From Lachnospiraceae bacterium (GTDB taxonomy: Bacteria > Bacillota > Clostridia > Lachnospirales > Lachnospiraceae), in the NCBI GenBank assembly GCA_045627645.1, contig JAZQOC010000037.1, forward strand, positions 17,515-81,514: DNA of 64,000 bases, in the 5' to 3' direction. A program made the translations under genes and the position numbers. Shown piece by piece: positions 32,432-41,946 of this stretch. The first letter of the stretch is position 1. The number at the start of each line of letters is the position of its first letter. Below the pieces are notes generated by a model. That model was not told the DNA's origin. It worked only from the letters and a program-made list of their open reading frames with translations, and made no database searches.

Positions 32432-33479
32432 TGAGGTATCCCTTCAAAAATGCAAGCATCGTATCCATCTGCTCATCTGTTCCCATGGAAATTCTAAGAT
32501 GATTATCAATACGTGGCTTATTCCAGTATCTTACGAAAATATTCTGAGCCTTCAACGCCTCAAAGATATCCTTTGCTTTTTTAGATTCATGCTTGGCAAA
32601 TATAAAATTCGTCTTTGAATCGGCGAACGAGAATCCCAGCTTCTTTAACTCTTCTTTTGTACGTTCTCTTGTAGCCACAGTTTTAGCTGTAATATCCTCA
32701 AAATATTCTACATCCTTAAGAGCTGCAGCACCTGCTGCAATAGTTACAGGATTGAGAGTATATGAGTTAAATGAAAACTTTACATCTTTAAGATAGCCTA
32801 TAATCTTCTCCTGCCCAAAAGCCATACCAATTCTTATTCCAGCCAAAGCACGGGACTTAGAAAATGTCTGAACCACAAGCAGGTTATCATACTTATCTAT
32901 AAGTGAAACTGCGCTCTCAGCTCCAAAGTCAACATAGGCCTCATCTATGATTACAACCTTATCCTTATTGAAGGCAATTATCTCCTCAATATCCTTAAGT
33001 GGCATCTGAGCTCCTGTTGGCGCATTTGGATTAGCAATTACAATTCCACCATTGTCGCAAAAGTAATCCTCTTTAATTATATTGAAATTATCATCCAGCT
33101 TCTTTGTTGTATAAGGAATTCTGTAAAGGTCAGCCCATACATCATAAAAGCTGTATGTAATATCCGGAAACAGAACTGGCTTGTCAGAATTAAAAAATGT
33201 TAAAAAAGCAAGTGATAAAACATCATCTGATCCAATGCCTACAAATATCTGGTTCTTATTAACACCATATGTTTTTGCAAGTTCTTCTACAAGATCGGCT
33301 GCTTCTGTATCAGGATACTTTCTAAGTTCAGTTCCATCATATTTATTAATAGCCTCTACTACCATCGGTGAAGGTGGATAAGGGCACTCATTTGTATTGA
33401 GTTTTATTACATTATTTGACTTAGGTTGTTCCCCTGGTACATATGGTACAACCTTTCTAACACTATTTTCCCAGCTCAT
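32424..33479 (-). CDS. hisC: Histidinol-phosphate aminotransferase
   Basis: PYVPGEQ, KLNTNE, NPNAPTG, IDEAYVDF and TFSKSRALAGIRIG. Start moved to 33479 after GGAGG. Confidence 0.95.
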   Translation of the reverse strand: MSWENSVRKVVPYVPGEQPKSNNVIKLNTNECPYPPSPMVVEAINKYDGTELRKYPDTEAADLVEELAKTYGVNKNQIFVGIGSDDVLSLAFLTFFNSDKPVLFPDITYSFYDVWADLYRIPYTTKKLDDNFNIIKEDYFCDNGGIVIANPNAPTGAQMPLKDIEEIIAFNKDKVVIIDEAYVDFGAESAVSLIDKYDNLLVVQTFSKSRALAGIRIGMAFGQEKIIGYLKDVKFSFNSYTLNPVTIAAGAAALKDVEYFEDITAKTVATRERTKEELKKLGFSFADSKTNFIFAKHESKKAKDIFEALKAQNIFVRYWNKPRIDNHLRISMGTDEQMDTMLAFLKGYLNE

Positions 33480-33684
33480 AATTACCTCCGAAAATAAATA
33501 CCCCATACATTATAGCTTTTTAACGCTTTGTTGACAACCAAAGGCTGTTTTTCAAAACCCATTTAATTTATAAAATTTATATAAATTCTCGATTTTCTAT
33601 AGCCAAAATTATCATAATAGTTTAGTATGCAAATTATCCTTTGATTAGATGTTAAACTGAATATCGAAAACAAAGAGGATAACT

Positions 33685-35673
33685 ATGCATTTTTTTAATT
33701 CTTATCAAACCAGGCTAAAGGCCTGTCTTTATGGAGCCCTTACTCTTTTATTAATATGGGTTCTTTCACTTAATTATGCATTATACTGCAATGCTCAAAC
33801 CATTATCGAATCAACCACTGATATTTATCACACTCACATAGGAGACAATTCAACCAATTCAGGGTGCTATACTGTCCCAATTTATCACGAGCATGAAGGA
33901 AATTCTTCAGGTGGCGGCTGTTATTCAACTCCAAATTATCATGCACATGAGGGCAACACTTCAGGTGGCGGGTGCTATACCCTTCCAAACTACCATGTCC
34001 ATACGGGAAGCTCATCAGGTGGCGGATGTTATACCAGTGCCAATGTTCATTATCACAGCGGAAACAGTTCATCTGGTGGTGGCTGTTACACTTTCAAATC
34101 AACAACCAGCCATAACTCCGGCTGTAACGGCGGAGCCTACTGCGGCCAGGGTCCTTACGGTCCTGATACCTCAGGGCAGATTTACTATGTTGCAACCTGT
34201 CCAGTGTGTCTGGCGCACCTGTCTACCTATAACAATCCCGGCTATGTCAGCTGCCCTAATGCCAAATATGAAACTATAATCACTTATTCTTTAGGCTGTG
34301 GTATGTCATCAGGGCAGGTTCTCAACTACAGTTTAGGCTGTGGCAAAGATGGTTCCTCTATTGATAGCTATTCACTGGGCTGTGGCAAAGACGTATCTAC
34401 AGTCGACAGTTACTCTCTAGGATGCGAAAAGGACGAAACCACGATTGAGGGTTACGACACAGGATGCGGCATGTCAGAGGATACCCCTGTAGGCTCATTT
34501 ACAGTAGAAAAATCCTCCGATGACTGGTCAACCGAAATCACTCTCGAAATGCATGTCGACCCTGAATCAATGGTAGATTCAGACAATCCTTTCTCTGTAA
34601 ATGACAATGATTGCGGTTTTACTTATACCGTAACTGAAGATGGCAGCTACGAAATTGTACCCAATACAACCGAGGGCTTTGTTGTATCACCAATCACTAT
34701 AGTTATAAATAATATAGACACTCAGGGGCCTGATGTTTCCTACGAATACGATCATACACATGGTATTGCAAAAACGGTTTTAGTTGTAACAGCAGAGGAT
34801 CTTATGGCAGATGGACAGCCAGGATGTGGCCTTGCAGATGAAGCCTATTCTTATGATAATGGAACGACCTGGACTGGCGATAATACCTATCCAATTGATA
34901 AAAATCAGGTGATTCACCTATTAGTAAGGGATAAGCTTGGTAATACCAGCTCAGAGACAATTACTATTGATAATATCGTGATCCCTGTACCACCTAAGGC
35001 TGATAACAGCAGTTCTTCTGATAATTCTTCCGGAGAATCTGCTTCCAATCAGGAAGATCTGTCTTCAGTATCCGATAGCCTAAACATGTCTGAAGATGCA
35101 TCAATAATACCAGTTGCCCCAGTAACTTCAGGCACCAAAATCAAAAGTCCCAACAGTCCATCGGGCAAAAAGGGCTCAGCAGTCTCCGCAACAACAGGTT
35201 CAGGGAATACTAAAACTATTGTCACGCCACCACTAACAAAAGAAAAGCTAGTCGAAGAAAAGGAATCTTTGCAGGATAACACTGTGGTTTCTCGTACTAT
35301 CGAGACCCCCGACACGTCTGAAAACATTGATTTCATCAAACTCTTTTTGGCAATAATTATTGGTCTGGCAATAGCTGGACTTATATTCCTTATTTTCTTC
35401 CTGCTATGCAGAATCGTTGTAATATCAGGCTTTGATCATGATGATGTTTACAACCTTAAAGGATTTGCACTCATTCATAATAAGAGTGATGCCTTTGAAG
35501 TAAACATACCCGCTTCAATAATAGACAAATGTGACACAAACAGGCTAAGGCTTCGTTTTAGCGCATTTTTCATAGCAACTCATAAAGAGTCTGACGTAGT
35601 TATATACCTGCCAAATAAGCGCTCTCACGTAGTAAGACCTGGCAAAAAAGTAAAAATATCTTTTACATCATAA
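33685..35673 (+). CDS. Secreted, C-terminally membrane-anchored surface protein with nested His/Cys repeats, Ig-like domains and a Ser/Thr/Pro linker
   Basis: Signal peptide ending CNA; 5x HxH...GCY; Cys-rich tip; 5x YxLGC; NIDTQGP...RDKLGN beta-sandwich pattern; S/T/P stalk; TM helix; ~85-aa tail. Confidence 0.85.
   Translation: MHFFNSYQTRLKACLYGALTLLLIWVLSLNYALYCNAQTIIESTTDIYHTHIGDNSTNSGCYTVPIYHEHEGNSSGGGCYSTPNYHAHEGNTSGGGCYTLPNYHVHTGSSSGGGCYTSANVHYHSGNSSSGGGCYTFKSTTSHNSGCNGGAYCGQGPYGPDTSGQIYYVATCPVCLAHLSTYNNPGYVSCPNAKYETIITYSLGCGMSSGQVLNYSLGCGKDGSSIDSYSLGCGKDVSTVDSYSLGCEKDETTIEGYDTGCGMSEDTPVGSFTVEKSSDDWSTEITLEMHVDPESMVDSDNPFSVNDNDCGFTYTVTEDGSYEIVPNTTEGFVVSPITIVINNIDTQGPDVSYEYDHTHGIAKTVLVVTAEDLMADGQPGCGLADEAYSYDNGTTWTGDNTYPIDKNQVIHLLVRDKLGNTSSETITIDNIVIPVPPKADNSSSSDNSSGESASNQEDLSSVSDSLNMSEDASIIPVAPVTSGTKIKSPNSPSGKKGSAVSATTGSGNTKTIVTPPLTKEKLVEEKESLQDNTVVSRTIETPDTSENIDFIKLFLAIIIGLAIAGLIFLIFFLLCRIVVISGFDHDDVYNLKGFALIHNKSDAFEVNIPASIIDKCDTNRLRLRFSAFFIATHKESDVVIYLPNKRSHVVRPGKKVKISFTS
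33826..34089 (+). repeat. Five ~54-57 bp coding repeats encoding YHxHxGxSSGGGCY
   Basis: Read directly from the protein and DNA; synonymous positions have diverged between copies. Confidence 0.9.
34285..34476 (+). repeat. Five 42-bp coding repeats encoding YSLGCG(K/M)
   Basis: Strict 14-aa period: YSLGCGMS, YSLGCGKD, YSLGCGKD, YSLGCEKD, YDTGCGMS. Confidence 0.9.
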
Positions 35674-35677
35674 CAGC

Positions 35678-35711
35678 AAAAATCCCATCAGATATTTCTC
35701 TGATGGGATTT
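35678..35711. terminator. Bidirectional terminator
   Basis: AAATCCCATCAGA-N6-TCTGATGGGATTT between convergent genes. Confidence 0.85.
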
Positions 35712-35716
35712 GTATT

Positions 35717-36733
35717 TTACTTATAATCCAATACGGATTCATAATAGTTCTTCGCTATCATGTCTTCAACTTCATCGGAATTAATAACTTTCAAAAGTTC
35801 CTTTGTCTTTTCATTGTTAACATTATCATCTTTAACAACCAGTCCTACTGCAAATAAGTCCAATATCTTGGAATTACGGTTTTCCTCTCCGACGGCAGAA
35901 GCAGGATCAATGCCATTAAGGACCGCTCTGTTATAATCCGCAATAATCAGGCCGTAATTATTTGTGTCCGGCCATGCAGAATCCATATTAACCTGTTCTA
36001 TCTTAATATTATACGGATTACTTGTTACATCCTCTAAGGTAGCCTGATAAGAAGCGCCTTCCTTTATCTCAACAAGCCCTTTCTGCTCAAGAAGATACAG
36101 TGCTCTTGCAACATTGACATCTCCTTCAACCACAGCAACAGTAATTCCATTGGAAATATTTCTTAGATCCGTATCTTTTCCCGGAAAAATCGCCAGCGGA
36201 TTAACAAATACTCTTTCAGCTATCACAAGATCAGAGTCCTCAAGCTTATTGTAACTTTCAAGCAAAGCCTCATTCTCGCAAAGACTGGCATATACTATTC
36301 CGTTATTTACCTTCTGATTGATTTCCTTATAGTTACTGCACTTTAGGATTTCAATATGATACCCAGAATATTCTATAGCCTTATTTGCAAGTTCAAGAAT
36401 ATCTGTCGCAGGGCTGCCTGTAACAGCAACTGTAATTGCCTTTTTATCTGTGGTAGGCTCATCCGGCAATTCACTGACAGTTTTCTCCTCAATAACCTCT
36501 TCAGCAATTGTATCTCCAATTGCTTCATCCCCTTCTATTACATCAGAATCTACAGTCTCGGTGGCACCGTTTTCATTACCATCATCCTCAGTAGCTTGCG
36601 ATCTGACCACATCTGATATACTCTCTATTTCCACTTCTACCAGGGGCTGCGAAGTTTCTTCCTCAGAACCGCCACATGCATTCAGTTGAAATACAGCCAG
36701 GATAAGCATGGCTATAATCAATCTCTTTCTCAT
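35717..36733 (-). CDS. MetQ/NlpA-family substrate-binding lipoprotein (divergent, orphan)
   Basis: Lipobox LNAC, acidic linker, NVARALYLLEQKGLV and DVTSNPYNIKI. Confidence 0.8.
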   Translation of the reverse strand: MRKRLIIAMLILAVFQLNACGGSEEETSQPLVEVEIESISDVVRSQATEDDGNENGATETVDSDVIEGDEAIGDTIAEEVIEEKTVSELPDEPTTDKKAITVAVTGSPATDILELANKAIEYSGYHIEILKCSNYKEINQKVNNGIVYASLCENEALLESYNKLEDSDLVIAERVFVNPLAIFPGKDTDLRNISNGITVAVVEGDVNVARALYLLEQKGLVEIKEGASYQATLEDVTSNPYNIKIEQVNMDSAWPDTNNYGLIIADYNRAVLNGIDPASAVGEENRNSKILDLFAVGLVVKDDNVNNEKTKELLKVINSDEVEDMIAKNYYESVLDYK

Positions 36734-36761
36734 CTATACGCTCCAGTAATTAAATTACGAT

Positions 36762-38384
36762 TTATTTTTCCTCTATTTCTTCCAGTTTATCTATGTCAGA
36801 TATTCCAACGCCTGCATCATTTCTGATATCTATAATAGGTCCGCCAGTTCCTTCGATATATTCTCTGGTAATAGTAACTCGCCCTATATTGTCATCCTTT
36901 GGAATCTCGTACATGATATCCAGCATAAACTTCTCAATGATTGATCTTAATGCTCTGGCACCTGTATCCTTCTCCATGGCCTTCTTAGCTATTGCCTCAA
37001 GTGCACCATCATCGAATTCAAGCTTAACCTCATCAAGCTCAAGTAACTTGCAGTACTGCTTAAGGATTGCATTTTTAGGCTCTTTCAAAATCTTTACAAG
37101 CATCTCCTCAGTAAGCCCCTGTAAAGTATAGATAATTGGCAACCTTCCTAAGAACTCCGGAATCATACCAAACTTCTTCAAGTCCTCTACAGTAACCTTG
37201 CTAAGTATGTCCTTATCCTTATCAAACTTATCTTTTAATTCTGCTCCGTAGCCAATGGATGTTGTCTTGTGAAGCCTCTGCTTAATAATCTCCTCAAGAT
37301 CAGGAAATGCTCCACCGCAGATGAAAAGAATATTTCGGGTATTAACTGTCGTAAGCGGCACCATGGCATTCTTACTCATGGCTCCTACAGGTACTTCAAC
37401 GTCAGCACCCTCGAGAAGTCTAAGTAAGCCCTGCTGAACCGATTCACCGCTTACATCTCGCGAATTGCTGTTCTTTTTCTTAGCAATCTTATCTATTTCA
37501 TCAATAAATACGATACCCATCTCAGCTCTGTCAACATCATTGTCAGCTGCTGCCAATAGTTTTGAGATAACGCTCTCAATATCATCACCGATATATCCGG
37601 CCTCAGTAAGACTTGTTGCATCAGCAATTGCAAGTGGCACATCAAGCAGTCTGGCAAGAGTCTTAACAAGATAAGTCTTACCACTACCTGTCGGTCCAAT
37701 CATAAGCATATTGGATTTTTCAATCTCAATATCTTCCATTGTTCCAGTAGCTACACGCTTGTAATGATTATATACAGCTACCGAAATAACCTTTTTCGCA
37801 TATTCCTGACCAATTACATACTGATCTAACTGTTCCTTAATCTTATGAGGAGCCGGAACATTTTTAAGGTCTATTATCGGCTTTTTATCCTTTGGTGCCT
37901 TCTTCTTAACCTTAGTTCTTCCCTGAAAAGCTCCGTCAAGATCCGAAAGGTTAAGAAAGCTGATTCCCGGGAAACTTCTAAAATACTGATCAAGTTTTAT
38001 TCTTGCATCCTGAGGTTCTTCTTCCTTCTTAGGCTCCTGTACATCTGGATTATCATCGTCAGCATTTTTTACTGCATCCTCTGAAGATTCTGTATTAGCA
38101 TCAGAAACTTCACCCTTATTGCTGTCTTCGTTTGGTTCTTTTTCAGCTGTATCTGTCTTCTTTGTTTCATCCGACTTCATATATGGATTATTCCACAGAA
38201 AATCTGTAGGGGAGATTGCATCAAACATTTTGTCCAATCCAAGCCCCTTCATCATATTATAAGTCTTGTCCATGCAGTCCTTACAGACGCACAAATTGCC
38301 GGGCATCTTCATCATTTGCCCGGCTTTGCTTTCTGTTCTATGACATACACAACACACATCTTCATAGTTGTTATTATTATCCAT
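36762..38384 (-). CDS. clpX: ClpX-family ATP-binding subunit (divergent paralogue with a long insertion)
   Basis: C4 zinc finger, VIGQE.AKK, GPTGSGKT, DATSLTEAGYIG, FIDEIDKI, RDVSGESVQQ and TGARALR. Confidence 0.92.
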   Translation of the reverse strand: MDNNNNYEDVCCVCHRTESKAGQMMKMPGNLCVCKDCMDKTYNMMKGLGLDKMFDAISPTDFLWNNPYMKSDETKKTDTAEKEPNEDSNKGEVSDANTESSEDAVKNADDDNPDVQEPKKEEEPQDARIKLDQYFRSFPGISFLNLSDLDGAFQGRTKVKKKAPKDKKPIIDLKNVPAPHKIKEQLDQYVIGQEYAKKVISVAVYNHYKRVATGTMEDIEIEKSNMLMIGPTGSGKTYLVKTLARLLDVPLAIADATSLTEAGYIGDDIESVISKLLAAADNDVDRAEMGIVFIDEIDKIAKKKNSNSRDVSGESVQQGLLRLLEGADVEVPVGAMSKNAMVPLTTVNTRNILFICGGAFPDLEEIIKQRLHKTTSIGYGAELKDKFDKDKDILSKVTVEDLKKFGMIPEFLGRLPIIYTLQGLTEEMLVKILKEPKNAILKQYCKLLELDEVKLEFDDGALEAIAKKAMEKDTGARALRSIIEKFMLDIMYEIPKDDNIGRVTITREYIEGTGGPIIDIRNDAGVGISDIDKLEEIEEK

Positions 38385-38391
38385 AGTCTCC

Positions 38392-39744
38392 TTATTCCGT
38401 AGGTAAGAGGCTCTTGCTAACCAATGTAATGGTTACCTGTGTTTCCTGATACACTCCGGATTCATCTAACCTTTCTATTGTTAAATCAACAGTTTCACCT
38501 GCTTCATAGTAAGCAAGATATTCCTGTAATTTTTCCATACTGTCTATAGTACTTCCTTCGAACTTAGTGATAATATCACCTTTTCTAAGGCTCGCATCTG
38601 CCGCACCAGTACCTGCATAAACATCATATACGTAAACACCCTGAGGGAAGTCATAGATCTCAGCCATCTCAGAAGATACACCACGTCCAGAGATACCAAG
38701 ATAACCTCTTTCACCTTCTGCTACTTCAACCTTTGTCTTCTTTGTCTTCAGATTGTCGATAATTGGTAATGCACTTGAAATAGGAATTGCATATCCCATA
38801 CCTTCTACTGTGCTTCCACCAATTTTATTAGAGTTTATTCCTACAACCTCACCCTTGATGTTAAGCAATGCTCCTCCCGAGTTACCCGGGTTAATGGCCG
38901 CATCCGTCTGAATAAATCCCTGTGATAACTTACCAGCCTCAACTTCGAGCTCTCTGTCCAATGCTGAGATAACACCTGTTGTAACAGACTGTCCATATCC
39001 CAAAGCATTTCCTATAGCGATAGCTGGCTCTCCAACCTTAAGACTATCTGAATCTCCAAGCTTAGCAATTGATATTGCCTCTCTTGTTGAAACCATAAGT
39101 GCATCCTTCTTAACTGCTATAACAGCAATGTCCATATCTGAATCTGCACCCTTAACATAGGCCTCTACATCATTGCCATCGATGAATTTAACAAGCAATT
39201 CATCTGCACCATCGATTACATGATTGTTTGTCGCAATTAATAGTTCTGTATCATTATCACCAATGATGATACCCGATCCACTTGCTTCAGCTTCTTCTGA
39301 GTAAGATCTTCCCCAAAAATTCTGAGTATAAGTATATTTATTGATGATAGAAACAACACTTGGCATAACAGCTTCAGCAACATCTGAAACATCTGTAACC
39401 AGTGTGGTACCCTCACCCATAATCACTCCAGAAATCTCCTTATCATTAGAATTCTGTGTAATCTGCTTCATGATATCCTTCTCGATTTCTCTCTTCAATT
39501 CCTCAGAATTGTCAACCGACTCTACAGTCGTCTGCTTATCAATGTAATAATTTACAAGACCAAAACCTACTGCAGCACACAAACCAAATAAAAGTCCTGT
39601 CGCAATTGTTACTGCAACTTTACCAATAAAGCGTGCAGCCTTCCCAGATTTCTTAGGTGCTTCCTCATTAACTGTCTCTGTAATTGGAGCACTGTAAATC
39701 TCTCTGTATTCTTCTATATATTCTTCTTTATTTTCTAAATCCAT
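38392..39744 (-). CDS. htrA: HtrA/DegP-like S1C serine protease with one PDZ domain
   Basis: TM anchor, GSG, TNNHV, DIAV, IQTDAAINPGNSGG and a PDZ domain. Confidence 0.93.
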   Translation of the reverse strand: MDLENKEEYIEEYREIYSAPITETVNEEAPKKSGKAARFIGKVAVTIATGLLFGLCAAVGFGLVNYYIDKQTTVESVDNSEELKREIEKDIMKQITQNSNDKEISGVIMGEGTTLVTDVSDVAEAVMPSVVSIINKYTYTQNFWGRSYSEEAEASGSGIIIGDNDTELLIATNNHVIDGADELLVKFIDGNDVEAYVKGADSDMDIAVIAVKKDALMVSTREAISIAKLGDSDSLKVGEPAIAIGNALGYGQSVTTGVISALDRELEVEAGKLSQGFIQTDAAINPGNSGGALLNIKGEVVGINSNKIGGSTVEGMGYAIPISSALPIIDNLKTKKTKVEVAEGERGYLGISGRGVSSEMAEIYDFPQGVYVYDVYAGTGAADASLRKGDIITKFEGSTIDSMEKLQEYLAYYEAGETVDLTIERLDESGVYQETQVTITLVSKSLLPTE

Positions 39745-39853
39745 ACCCTATCCTCCTTATGCCTGTTCATAAACTCCTCTTAATTTACAAGCATAGAATA
39801 GTAAGAAAATGTGTTCAAATTGTGTATAATATATATCTTTTCTATGAAATCCT

Positions 39854-40762
39854 TTAAATAAAATAACTTTTATCAGACGTACACCAGAGCACCATCGCCT
39901 TAGGCAGCCTATTGTATCTGCACCCCAGCTTAAAGCCAATATACTTACATCCTGTGCACCATATGTATCTTACTGCCTCAAATATATGCCCAGCACCAAG
40001 TAATTTGGATATTACTGTTTTCACCATCCTCATGCCTTCTCCCTCCTGAGTTACTCTTTCAAACACCTCAGGATTTTGAGCATGACTTACACCATTGTCA
40101 AAGTTACGATGAAACTGCATAATACCGCTATATTCATGAGAATGATAAACCAAAGCTTCTGCGCAATACGCTATAGAATAGCCGGCATCTATTGCTTTGG
40201 CAGCAAATAGCATATCTTCATTAAAAATAGTCTTTGTTACAAATCCGCCAAGCTCATCAAATATTTTCTTTTTGTATGCACAGCATACATTGCTGCAAAA
40301 GAAGGCCTTTATCTGAAGCTCTTCTATATCGCTGGCAGATTTTACTCTGGAAACATCAGGATAATTAAACTCTCTTGTAAGTTTTTCTGTCAAAGAACTG
40401 TTCTCATATGCAAGCTGTCTTGCATAGCTGGCAACCACCTTTTCATCTTCAAGTGGCTTGACAATATATTCAACAAGTCTATCATCTGCAGGAATGGCAT
40501 CCATAGTCATCATTATGCAGATATCTGCATCTGACATAGCCATACCCTTATTTCTTGTATTACCGTGGTCAAATTCCTGCTTGGTAATATGGCATACCTC
40601 TACTCCATCCATGCCTTTATCACCCAATGTTTCTGTCCACAGTTTTTCTTCTGTGTTAATTACAATTATTCTGTCAGGAACTATTGTCTGTGTCTTCAGT
40701 TTATTAATCAGTTCAACAAACCTCTCATCAGGCCTGTAAACAGGAATAATCACATTTACCAC
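39854..40762 (-). CDS. GT2 glycosyltransferase (rhamnosyltransferase-like)
   Basis: VIIPVY, FDHGNTRN, ASYARQ, FCSNVC, NED and VYHSH. Confidence 0.87.
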   Translation of the reverse strand: MVNVIIPVYRPDERFVELINKLKTQTIVPDRIIVINTEEKLWTETLGDKGMDGVEVCHITKQEFDHGNTRNKGMAMSDADICIMMTMDAIPADDRLVEYIVKPLEDEKVVASYARQLAYENSSLTEKLTREFNYPDVSRVKSASDIEELQIKAFFCSNVCCAYKKKIFDELGGFVTKTIFNEDMLFAAKAIDAGYSIAYCAEALVYHSHEYSGIMQFHRNFDNGVSHAQNPEVFERVTQEGEGMRMVKTVISKLLGAGHIFEAVRYIWCTGCKYIGFKLGCRYNRLPKAMVLWCTSDKSYFI

Positions 40763-40781
40763 AATTTTACCTCTGTATCAG

Positions 40782-40806
40782 AAAAAAGGCCCTACGTCGG
40801 GCCTTT
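40782..40806 (-). terminator. Terminator after the LCP gene
   Basis: AAAGGCCC-N6-GGGCCTTT with a minus-strand T tail. Confidence 0.65.
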
Positions 40807-40818
40807 AATTCACATATA

Positions 40819-41922
40819 TCAATGACCTGTATCTGAAGATACTTTCTGGCTATACTGATGAACCTGTGATGATACCTGATAATCCTTCTCATCAAACAGG
40901 AATTCATGCAACATGGAAACATTCTGTTCCAAATTTACTGGAATTACGCAGCTTCCCTTTGCACCAACAGTACCTGTTGCTCTATTGGATTCAAATGGGA
41001 AACCATCACTTCCTGTAATATTATATTTAGCAATGCCTGAAAGCATTGATGTCATCTCTGAAACATCAAGGGATGTTGATACATTTGGTAATGCCGCATT
41101 TAAAATATTATTAAGCTTAGCTGGATCAGACTTCTTACATACATCCATAACAGCTGCGATGACTGTTCTCTGTCTCTTAGCTCTCATAAAGTCATCACCG
41201 ACATATCTGATACGGCAGTATGCTGTTGCCTGAAGACCATTAAGTTTCTGATAACCCGGCTCCTTAACAGCTGTATAGTCAACGCCCTCTGTAGCTGTAT
41301 ATGTTTTCTGGTCAGTTGTCTTACCAACCATACTTATCTGATAATTGTTCAAATGAACAATTTCGCTCTCCATAACGTCGATATAAACACCGCCTAATGC
41401 ATCAATTACCTGTATAAGTCCATCGAAACCTACTGTAACATAGTCTGTGATATTAAGGTCACAGTTCATATTGAGCATGTTGATGGCCTGCTCAGGACCA
41501 CCCTTTGCATAAGCTGCATTACACTTATTGTAAGAATCATTACTAAGATTCAAATAAGTATCTCTATATACCGAACAGAGTCTGATATCACCTGTATCAT
41601 TGTTTATAGAACAAATAATAATAGTATCGGAACGTGTTCCTTTACCAAGGCTTCCCTCTCTTGAGTCTACACCGAAGAGTGCAATGTTCTTATAGCCCTT
41701 AAGAACAACAGATTCAGCAACAGTATCATTCATCTTTGCCACAATCTTCTCTTCATCAATATTAATCTTGGTAACCTTCTGTGTCTTGGTTACGCCGTAT
41801 ACTACTACAACAAGCAATGCAAGAATAAAAAATTCTGCAATGAGAAGAAGAATTTTCTTTCTTCTCTTTCTTGCTCTTTTCTTAGCCATTGCTCGTCTTT
41901 TTGCTGTCTGTGATGTTGCCAT
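40819..41922 (-). CDS. LCP (LytR-CpsA-Psr) glycopolymer-peptidoglycan ligase
   Basis: Basic N-terminus and TM helix; FGVDSR, RSDTI, SVYRDT, NAAY, YCRIRY and DFMRAKRQ. Confidence 0.93.
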   Translation of the reverse strand: MATSQTAKRRAMAKKRARKRRKKILLLIAEFFILALLVVVVYGVTKTQKVTKINIDEEKIVAKMNDTVAESVVLKGYKNIALFGVDSREGSLGKGTRSDTIIICSINNDTGDIRLCSVYRDTYLNLSNDSYNKCNAAYAKGGPEQAINMLNMNCDLNITDYVTVGFDGLIQVIDALGGVYIDVMESEIVHLNNYQISMVGKTTDQKTYTATEGVDYTAVKEPGYQKLNGLQATAYCRIRYVGDDFMRAKRQRTVIAAVMDVCKKSDPAKLNNILNAALPNVSTSLDVSEMTSMLSGIAKYNITGSDGFPFESNRATGTVGAKGSCVIPVNLEQNVSMLHEFLFDEKDYQVSSQVHQYSQKVSSDTGH

Positions 41923-41946
41923 ATTATATTCTCCAATCCGAAAACA

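Noticed and set aside
33826-34476. Possible CRISPR array or DGR template/variable repeat
   Set aside because: The repeats are in-frame coding units diverged at synonymous sites, with no unique spacers. I saw no adenine-specific pattern and no cas or reverse transcriptase gene in the window.
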